Made by a program: the position numbers and the translations under genes
Shown here: positions 48,941-60,296 of the stretch, piece by piece
Numbering within the stretch: the stretch's first letter is position 1
How the letters are laid out: each line of letters begins with the position of its first letter
Source of the DNA: Chrysemys picta bellii
Taxonomy: Eukaryota
Assembly: GCF_011386835.1 (NCBI RefSeq)
Contig: NW_027052712.1
Location: 124,001 to 188,000 of the forward strand
Direction: 5' to 3'
Length of the DNA: 64,000 nt
Notes under the pieces: model-generated
The model's database searches: none
Told to the model about the DNA's origin: nothing
What the model saw: the letters and a program-made list of their open reading frames with translations, nothing else

Positions 48941-50790
48941 TCACAGAATCCCAGAAATGTAGGGCCGAAAGGGAACTCAAGAGGCCATCAAATCCAGCTC
49001 CTTGCACTGAGGCAGAACCAAGTAAATTAGACTCTTTATAACAGGGCTTAACATGTTTGAAGACTGTTATCAGGTGTCCCCCACCCGGGTCTTCTTTTCT
49101 CAAGACTAAACACGCTAGTTTTTTTAACCTTTCTTCATAGGTCAGTTTTTCTAATAATTTTATCATTTTTGTTGCTCTCCTCTGGACTCTCTCAAAGTTA
49201 TCCACATCTTTCCTAAAGTGTGACACCCAGAATTGGACAGCGTACTCCAGCTGAGGCCTCACCAGTGCTGAGTAGAGCAGGACAGTTACTTCCCGTGTCT
49301 TACATATGACATTTCTGTTAATACACCCCAGAATAATATTAGCCTTTTTCCCAATTGCATCACATTGTTGGCTCATATTCAATTTATGATCCACTATCAT
49401 CCCCAGATCCTTTTCAGCCGTAAGGCTGCTGAAGCCACTTAGCCAGTTATTCCCCATTTTATAGTTGTGCATTTGAGTTTTCCTTCCTAAGTGAAATACT
49501 TTGCACTTATCTTTACTGAATTTCATTTTCTTGAATTCAGACCAATTCTCTAATTTGTCACGGCTGTTTTGAATTCTAATCCCGTCCTCCAAAGTGCTTG
49601 CAAGCCCTCCCAACTTAATGTCATCTGCAAAGTTTATAAGCATACTCTCCATTCTATTATCTAAGTCATTAAAGAAAATATCGAATATTACCAGACCCAA
49701 GACCTCTCTAGATCTGCTCTCCTACTTTGACAGTTATGCACCCACTTTATAGTCATTTCATCTAGATCACATTTCCCTAGTTTGCTAATGAGAAAATCAT
49801 GTGGAACTGTGTCAGAAGCCTTACTAAAGCCTTACTAAAAATCAAGAAATAAAACGCCTACTATTTCCCATTATTCACTAGGCCAGTAACCCTATCAAAG
49901 AAGGAAATTAGGTTACTTTGGCATGCTTTGTTCTTGACAAATCCATGCTGGCTATTATTTATAACCCTATTTTCCCATGGGTGCTTACAAACTGATGGTT
50001 TAATAATTTGTTCAGTATCTTTCCAAGTATCAAAGTTAGGCTGATAGATCTAGAATTCTCTGGGTCCTCTTTATTTCCCTTTTTAAAAGATAGGTCCTTA
50101 GCAATTTGGCCATATTTCAATTTTTTTGGAGGATTCCTTTTCAATATTCAGGTCATTAAAAAGCTTCTGATGGAGCATATTGGCATCTTACTATTCTTCT
50201 GATCTTTCCTTCGCATTGGGATAGTTTGCAGCTGTGCATGTAATATTGTCTCCTTGAGAAACTGCCAGCTCTCCTGAACTCCTTTATTTCTTAGATTTTA
50301 ATTCCCATGGGAGCTTACAAACCAGTTCTCTAAGTTCATTAAAATCTGCTTTTCTGAAGTCAGTTATCCTTATTCTGCTGCTCTCATTCCTTCCTGTCCT
50401 TGGAATCATGAAATCTATGATTTCATGGTCACTTTCATCCAATCTGCCTTCCACCTTCAGATTCACAACCAATTCCTTTGTGTTGATCACTCACGATCAA
50501 ATCTAAAATGGCTGTCCCCCTTGGTACTTCCTCCACTTTCTGAAACAAAAGTTGTCCTGGATTTCAAGGACTTATTGGAATTTTGTGCTTTACTGTATTA
50601 CTTTTCCAACAGATGTCTGGGTATTTAAATTCCTGCATTACTACAAGATCTTGTGTTTTGGATATTTCTGTTATTTGTTCTAAAAATGCCTCATCCACCT
50701 CTTCTTTCTGATTTGGTGGTCTATAGTAAACCCCTATAATGATGTCACCCCTATGTTTCCCCCTTTTATCTTTACCCTTTCTAGTCAATT
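48941..50790 (-). mobile_element. CR1 LINE with internal deletions (endonuclease end, RT, 3' tail)
   Basis: ORF 48834-49700: INFADDIKLGG...ALVRPQLEYAVQFW...ERVQRRATKMI. ORF 50564-50800: GVYYRPPNQKEEVDEAFLEQ (APE domain). CR1 tail at 48941. Confidence 0.93.
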
Positions 50791-51039
50791 TGCAAATCAT
50801 ACATTTGTAATTGAAAAAATAATCTCTGTATTCTTGGGGTAGGGGAGGGTGTTTGCCAGCTCCATTCTGGCAATCGTAATAAGTGATTTATGGTTAAGTT
50901 CAACTAATGCTCCCATAAAAAAAGGACCTGAAACTTTTTACAACCAAGTACTAAAGGAAAAACCTCTTTCTTTATATGAGTATATTGACACTCCGTTTTT
51001 GTTAGCATGTATGATGCATAAGCCACTGATCTCCAGTTG

Positions 51040-51590
51040 ACTACACTGTTGTAAGAGGACCCTTTCTGGAGGCATCAATGGATAACTTAGTTTTGTGCTT
51101 ACTGTCATAATACCTCCTGACTCCTTAACTCCTCCTGTTTCTCAAACTCACTATTAAGATTTCATTCCATGTCCATTGGACATCTTTGCACAGTAGCACT
51201 TCCAGGTTGCTGGTTTGAGTAGTTATACTAGGCAAATATTTCCCAACATAGTACACCATTCCAAGGAATCTTTGTACCCTTTCCTGTTCTGTTGGGACAG
51301 ATGTGTTGGTGATGGCCTCACTCAACATTACTGTGATCTACCTATACACGTTGCTGTGTTAATGTATCTTTCAGGTATGCTATTTCCATTATATGGAGTT
51401 TACATTTTTGTTTGTTTAGCGTTAGCCAGGCAGCACTGGCTCTTCCTAGAACTGCCTGGAGCCTTTGGTCATGTTCTTCTACTGTGAACATCTTGTATCT
51501 TCCAGCGATACATCTTGAGTGCTGAACACAACCCAAATGGCAGTATGCAGAAATAGTGTCTCCCAAAAGAAGTGCTGAACGTGCACAAAC
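51040..51590 (-). mobile_element. Gypsy/Ty3 pol fragment (RT end to RNase H start), degenerate
   Basis: HDQRLQAVL...LTLNKQKCKL...IAYL (ORF 51342), VQRFLGMVYYVGKYLP...WTWNE (ORF 51125) and KLSIDAS near 51110-51090. Confidence 0.8.
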
Positions 51591-51752
51591 ATGTACTCTG
51601 TTTTTCTAAGGGGACCTGCCAGAACCCCACTGACCCTTGGCTCGCTGGCCTGCTCTGAAGCTCACACTAATGCTACCTAAACTAGTTAGATCAAGCTAGC
51701 ATGGATAGGCTTGCCTTTGCACATCTTGTGCTATGTAGATAAGCCCTTAGAG

Positions 51753-52492
51753 CAGTGGTTTTCAAACCTTTTTTCTGGCAATCCAGTTGAAGAAAATTGT
51801 TGATGCCTGTGACCCAATGGAGCTGTGGATGAGGAGTTTGAGGTGTGGGAGGGGCAGAGGGTTGAGAGTGTGGGCTGCGGGGTGAGGCTGGGGATGAGGG
51901 GTTTGGGGTGCAGGAGGGGGATCCGGGTTTGTGGGGGCTCAGGACTGGGGTGTGGGAGGGGGTCAGAGCTCTGGGCTGGGGGTGCAGGCTCTGGGGTGGG
52001 GCTGGGAATGAGGGGTTTGGGTGCAGAAAGGGGCTCCAGGTTTGGGGGGGCTCAAGGCTGGGACAGGGGATTGGGGCGCGGGCTTACTTTGGGTGGCTCC
52101 TGGTCAGCAGCACAGTGGGTGTACTAAGACAGACTTCCTGCCTCTTCTGGCACCACGGACCGCGCTGCGCCCTGGAAGCGGCCAGCAGCAGGTCCGGCTT
52201 CTAGGCGGAGGCACGCAAGTGGCTCCGTGTGGCTCTTGCCTGTGTGGCTCGGCCAATGGGAGTGTGGAGCCAGTGCATGGGGCAGGGGCAGCACGCGAAG
52301 CCCTGTGGTCCCTCTGTCTAGGAGTCAGACCTTCTACTGTCCACTTCTGGGGTGCAGCGCAGTGTCAGAATAGGGACTAGCCTGCCTTAGCCGGGCAGTA
52401 CCGCCGATGGGACTTAACGGCCCGGTCAGCAGTGCTGACCAGAGCTGCTGCGACCCAGTGCTGGGTCGCAACCCACAGTTTTAAAACTACTG
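51753..52492. mobile_element. hAT MITE, 740 bp, GC-rich interior
   Basis: TIR CAGTGGTTTTCAAAC / GTTTTAAAACTACTG (13/15). TSD CCTTAGAG (51745-51752) / CTTTAGAG (52493-52500). Confidence 0.88.
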
Positions 52493-53764
52493 CTTTAGAG
52501 CAGTCAAACTTTTTTATAGGTTCGCTTTCTTTTTGTATTCTCAGGTGAAAATTTTTCTCATATGTTTTCTGCTATTGTCAGAAAAAAGACTGCCGTCTGA
52601 ATGTCTTCCTTATCACTGGCACCCGTTGCTTGCAGATACAGAGTGAAGTTCTGTTTAAATTTCTTTCAATTGTTTTCCACATTTCACCAAATTTCAGCTC
52701 TGATGGAGCTTTTAGTTGCTCCATTCTGCCACTCAGGTTATTTTCTTTAATTTCTATTGACTCATGGTGTCCAGGAATCACTCTTGGCCCAACATGCTTG
52801 AAAGAGATACTCTTTATTCAGAGTCAAGTTCCAACTGTATCTGCATAACAGAACATGGAATTCTGCAGACCCCTTCCTATGTCTTCCTAGCTCTGAAGCT
52901 AAACACTTAAAGGTACAGTTCCCAATCCCTAGGTGATAAGATGACAACAATCTACCAGAAGACTAAAATGGAATACTCTATGTTGATTGTTGTCAAAGCT
53001 TAACAAACATAAAGGGGTTTTTACTGAAGTATAGACAATCTTTAAAAACTACTCAAGATTCTGCTGTCCTGGCTTTGAACTCAAATATCCAATACATCAG
53101 TGTTTTTCTCAACTACTGAGCAGTTAGTTAAGCAGCATGCATTCAAATGTGCAGTTGCTCAAACTGTGGTTGGTGGGTCCTGGAGAACTGACTGGTTGGC
53201 TCCTCCTTATTTTCAACTTCTAAATGTAATTAAAAGACAGCTAAACTACAATAAACACTTTCCAGTATGACTTTTCCATGTTAAGCAATTATCTAGTTGC
53301 CATAAGAATATTATGATTCCAAATGGGAGGGAAGATAGCATGTTCCATTGATGTTAGAAGAGCAAGTAGTCCATGAGGCAATATTTGCATGAAATAGTAC
53401 TTCATACTATGAAACACTTTGAGAAGCCCTCATTTAGAATATATAATGTGAAATACTGATTTTTCCATTAGTGTTGAATTTTTAAGATCCCACTTTAAGA
53501 TCTGGGCCTAACATGCTGACTACTGCACACAGTACCACAGAGAGGAGGAACAAGAGGAGAGAGTTTTGACAGGGTGGGGCTATTTTCATCAGCATAGTTA
53601 ATTATTAAACTGCTTTGATGCCGGTGGAATGCAGAGGTGTTCTTTTAAGAGGCAATGTTCTACTTGGAATGTCAATATGTACCAGGAACGTGGGTCAGCA
53701 GTTGCAGGTGCTTTTTGCCATCAGTGCCTGGTATGTTTAACACTGAATGAATCAATAGGAAAGT

Positions 53765-53828
53765 ATAGAATCATAGAACTGTAGGACTGGAAGGGACCTC
53801 GATAGGTCTTCTAGTCCAATCACCTGCA
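53765..53828 (-). mobile_element. CR1 extreme 3' end (short fragment)
   Basis: ATAGAATCATAGAACTGTAGGACTGGAAGGGACCTCGATAGGTCTTCTAGTCCAA. Confidence 0.7.
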
Positions 53829-55027
53829 TAACTAAAAAGAGAACCCAAGACAAGACTATGGCTTTAAGTCTCTGCCAGTACTATGTGGGTGAGGAGAATG
53901 AAGCAAGGCTTTTCATTGGCAGAAGCTCTCAAAGACAGACAAAGACTCTCTGAGAACTCAGGAAATGTACACAAAAGTAGTCATTACTGCATCATTTCCC
54001 AAGGTGCAGCATGCTCTCTCTCCCAGAATTCTGCCCACCAATTCTGCGCTACTCATGTGGAGTCTAGTACTATTGTTTATGCTAGACTGTAATGGTCCTT
54101 ATGCAACACAAATGTAAGGTGCCAGATGCACCCTGTAATGGGCTTAACTCTCCCACATTCCCTCTGCAGTCATATTCGATTTGTCAGGTTGGAATGCAGT
54201 AATTTTGATTGAGATTTCAGTGTTAGGATTTTGTATTAGAAAAGGTACTCAGAAGATACTACCTCACACCTAAGGGGCACACTAATAAATCTGCCAAGGG
54301 TTCTCTAAGTAATCTCTGACCTATTTCGTGCCTTTAGTTAGTATAGTTCATAAACCAAAGTTAGCTAAGTCTGGGGAGGTTCTAGCAAAACTGTCACACA
54401 ACTCAAAATATATGACAATCAGGAACAATGCTATGAAGGATTTTACCCTGAAATAGGCTGCAAATTACAATTGCTAAATTAATGTGCATGCAGCCTCAGC
54501 CACTCATGGAAACCGAAAAAAGAACAGAATTGATAGGAGTGTGTGTATAAGAAAAAAATGTTTACCAAGAAGTAAAGTTTATTTTAGTTTCAATGATACT
54601 ACTGACATCTAATGGTAAAACATAGTAACTTTCAGCAAAGGTGTATAAGCTTTTTAAAAGATATGTATTATAAATTAAATGGCTAATACTTAATTAAATG
54701 ATATGACAGCATTTACAGTTTCATAACCTTTGTTTGTGACAAACACATTAAAAGTCAAAACACAAATGTAATTTACTTTTCCTTATTATTTTAACACTGG
54801 CTAAAAAATACTTTTGTTTTCTACCTGTCTTGAAGAAAGACCAATGAAATTAGATTGCTCTCTACATAAATTATTAATTCCTATCATTTTAGCACTGTGT
54901 ATCTATCAAAACCAAATGAAAATTAATATTTTGCAAGTTAGCATTTTAAAATTTGATCTTCATTTCCCTAGAGGATACTCTTAAGATGTTCTGACATACT
55001 ATCCTCCAAAACAAACAGGATTAAATA

Positions 55028-55510
55028 GTGACAACACACCTCTTTCATAACACCAAGGCGCTGGTGTTAGGAGGGCTGGGGGTAAATCAGTTGTACTCTG
55101 GAGGTATAGTTCTTCACGTTAGTTTATTTACAATATTTACAGAATAGGCCCTGGGGGTTTCTTTAAATGAAAAAAACAAAAACACAAAAAAACCATTTCC
55201 TAACTTCCACTGGGATACTGCCTGGCCCCTCCCCAAACAGAAATACACACATGATTTCCCTTATTGAGGTAAAGAGCTGTTTTTTTCTGAGAAGCCTTTT
55301 CCCCATGCTCTACACAACCTTTCTACAACTTGCTTCCCTTTCCTTCCCTCCTATTCTCTCTTTCACTGGAAGAGGTTTTGAAAGGTCACAGGCTGCCCTT
55401 AATTAGCCTCAGGTGGCCATAATTAACCTGAGGTAACCTCTTTCAGTTCACAGAAAACAGGGCTTTAACCATTCTAAGACCGATATACCTGCCCCATTCC
55501 AGACTGTCAG
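55028..55510. repeat. Probable decayed Gypsy-type solo LTR
   Basis: GTGACA...TGTCAG ends; the TTAATTAGCCTCAGGTGGCCATAATTAACCTG motif resembles 8170-8240 of the solo LTR. No clear TSD. Confidence 0.4.
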
Positions 55511-55521
55511 GTCTGACTTTA

Positions 55522-56226
55522 GGGTATGTCTACACTTACAGAGTTTTTGCACTGTCAGTTTCACCGGTGATAGGGAACCAGTGAAAGTAAAGCGCTGGTT
55601 TGGGTACTCACTCAATTCCTCAGGCATCACAGAGTGTTTACACTACCAGCACTTCCATCGTGGATGAGAGCAGCACTGTAGGGCAGCTATCCCACAGTGC
55701 AGCTCTCTCAATAGGTCTTGTGGGAAGGGGGCGGGAGGTGAGCGGAAGGCATTCTGGGTCCCTGCTCAGTGCCCTGTGCTGCCCTGCTTCATGTCTCAGG
55801 AGCCCCATTACTTCCTTGTTTCTTCTGTGGCATTTTTTTTAAAACCTCCTGCTGTCTGGCTGCTTTCCCCGTCACATCTACAAACAAAGGGAAAAGGACC
55901 TTCAAATTTCCTGGGGCTTACAGGGGAGGGGTGGATGTCAATGCATCAGAGCAGTGGAGATGCTGGCCAGAGTGGTCGCTTTTGGAACTGTGGGATATCC
56001 TCCGGAGGCCAAAAGGTGTTTACACTGCTAGAACGTATCTTCACTTTCACAGCAGCGCAAAAAGAACAGCAGTAAGAGCTGTATGCCTCTCGTGAAAGTG
56101 ATTTTCTTTTTGCGGTGAAACTTCTGAGTTTCACCGCAAAAAGTCATTAACAAGTGTAGACGCTCCTGCGGTTTTAGCACAAAAAAGGGACTTTTTGAAC
56201 TTTAAATGGTAAGTGTAGACATAACT
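55522..56226. mobile_element. PIF/Harbinger non-autonomous element, 705 bp
   Basis: TIR GGGTATGTCTACACTT / AAGTGTAGACATAACT. TSD TTA at 55519-55521 and 56227-56229. Confidence 0.88.
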
Positions 56227-56229
56227 TTA

Positions 56230-56295
56230 GAAAGACAAGGTGGGTGAGGTAATATCTTTTATTGAACCAACTTCTGTTGGTGAGAGAGACAAGAC
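56230..56295 (-). mobile_element. Penelope-like terminal fragment (second subfamily)
   Basis: GACAAGGTGGGTGAGGTAATATCTTTTATTGAACCAACTTCTGTTGGTGAGAGAGACAAG; homologous to 29343-29400. Confidence 0.65.
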
Positions 56296-56412
56296 ACAGG
56301 TCTGATTTTATCTTGCTAGCCATGCTGAGTCTTAAAGTGAAAAATGTGGAGGGATAGAAATTTGAGGAATTTACATTCCTGTTCTGAGATTAAAAATATT
56401 AGGATAATAGTA

Positions 56413-56586
56413 CACCTCTACCTCGATACAACGCTGTCCTCGGGAGCCAAAAAAATCTTACCGCGTTTTAGGTGAAACCGCGTTATATAGAACTTGCTTT
56501 GATCCACCGGAGTGTGCAGCCTCGCCCACCCGGAGCGCTGCTTTACCGCATTATATCTGAATTCGTGTTATATCTGGGTAGAGGTG
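56413..56586. mobile_element. Tc1/mariner (Tigger-like) MITE, 174 bp
   Basis: Perfect TIR CACCTCTACC / GGTAGAGGTG, flanked by TA on both sides. Confidence 0.88.
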
Positions 56587-56987
56587 TATACTGTATTGCG
56601 GCATGAAAACATGCAAGTTACTTTTAGCAAATTAATGTCTATTAGTGTGAAGTTAATATAGTCCCGTCCCCTCCTTCCCCCGATCACAGCCCCTTGTATG
56701 AAGTGTCAGGCAACATTACTTTTTCAATTTAAAGAACCTGCACTTGGGCTGGTTATATAGAAATGCAACCCCAATGTTGAACTGAACACTGTACAGAATT
56801 TCACTCACATCCTTCTGTAGTTTGCTAGTAGTAACCTCTCTGCATTCTTCTTTAGTCAAGTTAGCTATGTCAATATTTTTTAAAATTATTTTAGGCTTTG
56901 CTAATCTTATTGTTTGGTATCCTTCACCAAGGCTAGTGTATGAGATTTGTAAATAGCCAGGAACGCATCTTTTGACTAGGCCAAGTG

Positions 56988-56993
56988 TTTATT
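56988..56993 (-). terminator. Candidate polyadenylation signal of the RSPH3-like gene
   Basis: AATAAA on - (TTTATT on +), 36 nt downstream of the stop codon. Confidence 0.5.
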
Positions 56994-57029
56994 GGCCATT
57001 ACCTGATTACTTGATGTTTGGTTTGGTCT

Positions 57030-57184
57030 TCACTTAGCTTCAGGCTCCTGAGTTTCTGTTTGATGTAATGCTTCTATCTGAACGGAGCTTCGATGAGATG
57101 CTTCTGTTTGCCCAGCAGGCTGACCAGATGCTTCTGGCTGATCAAATGCATCTAACCTCTTTTCAACCACCTCACGAATCAATG
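57030..57184 (-). CDS. RSPH3: RSPH3-like terminal coding exon: (T)LIREVVEKRLDAFDQPEASGQPAGQTEASHRSSVQIEALHQTETQEPEAK*
   Basis: Acceptor CCATTTGTCATTTCAG| at 57185. 155 bp = 2 + 51 codons. LIREVVEKRL matches human RSPH3 as I recall it, and the phase-1 join with the 60210 exon is in frame. Confidence 0.88.
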
Positions 57185-58130
57185 CTGAAATGACAAATGG
57201 AGTTACTATAGGGCAGAGCAGAAATTTGTATGGATAAAAAAATGCAATATTTAGAGATGATTTTATACATTATTACATTATTGATTGACTCACAGGGCAA
57301 CAGTGAAATGTAATAGTAAATGCAAAAAATTTTACCTGTGATTGTGATATATGCTTAGCCAAATTAGCTCTAGTTACCTCAAGGCAATTATTTTAAAAGG
57401 TTCTGTTCAACTGTTTTATTATCCCTCGTCTCTTATCTTTGTTCCTTCATAAGTGCTGGAGCAGGCCACAATGCCAGGAACCAGTACTAGTGAGGGGACA
57501 TTAAATATTGAAGGCAAGGGATCCCTCCAAAGCAAAAAGAATCTAACCTATATTTCTGGAGAGCAGTGCAGTTGAAGATCACTTTCACTGAAACAAAAGC
57601 AGCAGCAAAATAATACTGTTTATTCCCTTAAAAATCAATAAATATCACAAAGTGTGGGATCCCACTTTAAAAAAAAGCCCCAAAATTAACCAAAAAAGGT
57701 TTTTATTTTTAAAACAATACAGAAAATGGAACAATACAGAGGTGCCAGTAACAGCTCCATGGTTAAGACTGAGTTGAGTTTTGCACTTAAAGAAGATTCA
57801 CCCTCTCTGTTATGTATCCTCACCAAAACTGTAGCACTTATTCTTTGAGTACAGAATAAATTTTCTTGGAATTTACAAGTAAATCCATTCATTAATTTCC
57901 ACCTTAAAATTAATTTAAAAATGGATTCCATGAGAAATGAAGCACTGTATTTGATCTTTTATTTTTGTCCCAAATGGTCTCAGCTCATGCATTATCTATC
58001 TACACAAAAAATGGGAGATAGATGATTTTTAATAGATCTGATGCAATGGGCAATTTTTGAAAATAGACCTACTAAACACTGAAGGCAGGTGGAGGAAAAC
58101 TAAGGTGGTGCAACGGAATGTAGAGGGTAC

Positions 58131-58315
58131 CTATTGGGCTTACGCCAGCCTACTGCTAAAGGGTCCCCCCCGCAGCCTAAGGGGAGGATCCACAGGGCCT
58201 GAAACTCAAATAATTACGGGGGACAACTAATGTAAAAATAGGGACAGCAGTGCGGTCAAAGGGTCCAAAGAAGGGAAACCTGACCGAGGGTAGGAGGGCA
58301 AAGTACCTGTTAACC
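58131..58315. repeat. Possible ERV/LTR fragment in the RSPH3-like last intron
   Basis: Abrupt GC/CpG-rich block in AT-rich sequence, resembling a turtle LTR 5' segment from memory. No TSD. Confidence 0.35.
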
Positions 58316-59318
58316 GGTCAGTATGCTCCAGCTACTTTGCACTGTTGTAGGAGGGTGCAAAGCAGCTAGAACACATTGGTGAATCTGGCCCTAAAAGTTA
58401 AACACAAATCTGGAAAAAAAAAAAAAAAGATGGATACTACATATCTTCCAGTCATTAGTATATCACATGCTTGTTGAGTGTTCATGGATGAACTTTTTAG
58501 TAATAAAAAAAAATCCCCAGACAAAATTTCATTAGTAAGGAGTTAAGTTTGAGAAATACATATCAGTAATTTAGGGTAAAATACATAAGAGGAAAGTTGT
58601 AATTATCAAAAAAATAAGGTCTAGATTATAGACCCAAGAAATTCAGAATTCAGACTAAATTTTAAAGAATCCAAAGTCAAGGCACAGAAATGCACAGTTA
58701 GGGTACTCAAACAACCTTCTTAAGTCTGACTTGCAGTGACACCATGAGGAAGAGATATATGCAAAAAAGGATGAATGTGTGTTTAAAAATAATTTTAATC
58801 TAATCTGGGACCACACACTGATATGCATTAATTATAACTGTATGATTATTGCATGGTTTAAGATTGGTGCTTTAACTGCAGCCTGTAAAGGTAGACATTT
58901 TTAAAAATACTGTTAAGCTCTGATGAGCCAATCAAGAATCAGAGACTGGTTCATTTACCTGATTAATTACTGCTTTAGTTCAGGGGAAAGTACAGTATTA
59001 TTGATTACTGAGGAGCTAAGCAGACGTCTCCATGAAAAATGTGACTGATTTACACTGTTCCAAATCACCATATTGATTATGTCTAAAATTAATAGTGGAA
59101 AGTTACTAGCCACATGACTTTTCAGCCAATCATGACCAAGAATGTTTCTTCTGTTCTTATTCTTTCATTTAGAATGACCACATTGTTACATGGTTGGGAT
59201 AATTTATACATGTGAGGCCACAGGCCTTTTGTTATATACCAGTGGCCTTAAACAATGTATATGCTTTTCAATTTGAGAAACAAAAGAGCCTTCAGTTTGT
59301 TCAATGGAAAACTATATA

Positions 59319-59809
59319 CAGTAAAAACTTTGGTATCCAGCATGTTGGGGGTATAGGGGGTGCCGGTCAGTCAAAAATTTCGGTTAACTAAGAGGGAGGG
59401 AGTTTGGCTGTGAGAGGGACCTCAGGGCTCGGGGTTGGGGCGTGGGAGGGATTTCAGGGTGCCGGATTCGGTGGCGCTCACCTTGGGCAGCTCCCCACAA
59501 GCGGCGACATGTCCCTGCTGCTCCTAGGCAGAGGCGCAGCCAGGCGGCTCTGCGTGCTGCCTCCACCCACAGGAGCCTCCCCCACAGCCCCCGTTGGCCG
59601 CGGGTCCTGGCCAATGGGAGCAGTGGAGCCAGTGCTCAAGGCAGGATGGGGGCAGCGCATGGAGCCTCTGTGGCCGTTCCCCCACCTAGGAGCAGCAGGG
59701 ACATGTCGCTACTTCTGGATATGGATATTAAAAGTCCAGTTGGATATCAGAAATGCCAGTTTCTAGAGCTTTCCGGTTGGTAAACTGCCGAATAACACAG
59801 CCTTTACTG
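59319..59809. mobile_element. Tc1/mariner (Tigger-like) non-autonomous element, 491 bp, GC-rich interior
   Basis: TA|CAGTAAAAACT ... AGCCTTTACTG|CA (TIR 9/11; right TA mutated). Confidence 0.7.
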
Positions 59810-60209
59810 CACAAGAACATAGTTTTGTTGTCTGTGAAATAAATGAGGAATATAAACTATGTAAATAAAAAGAGAACAATTAACATTCATTAACCATTTC
59901 ACTTCCGCTGAACATAACAGGAACCTCTGTCAGAGACATTCCACATAGGCTGTGTACTGTCAGTAGAGATGTGCTGCTGAAACACGCCTGGTATTTCTAT
60001 TTTTTTTCACTTGACCAATAATTACAAATCACCAGCATAAAATGGGTCTGGGAATTGTCCAACAGTCAGAAGGTTAAAAAAAAATGGTAAAATACCATCC
60101 CATTTGGACAATTGTAACTGTTAAAATATCATCTGCTTCTTTATTTTGCAATAATCTGACTGAAAAAAGTTAAGCAGGGTACATTATATTCCATGACTTT
60201 ATAACTTAC

Positions 60210-60296
60210 TGTCAAGCACTGCCCTTCCCAGAATCTTCTTCTCCAATGTCTTATCTACTTCTGCCATCACCCATGGAAGGAATTCTTTTTCAACGT
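60210..60296 (-). CDS. RSPH3: RSPH3-like penultimate coding exon (87 bp): (D)VEKEFLPWVMAEVDKTLEKKILGRAVLD
   Basis: Acceptor CTTTCTCTCCACAAATCTTACAG| and donor |GTAAGT. Aligns without gaps to human RSPH3 DIEIGFLPWLMNEVEKTMEYSMVGRTVLD (recalled). Upstream exons are not in the window. Confidence 0.9.

Noticed and set aside
57400-57590. Exon-like minus-strand segment (GCTTTTGTTTCAG| ... |GTAACT) in the RSPH3-like last intron
   Set aside because: Stops in all three frames, and the shorter variant is out of phase with the terminal exon.
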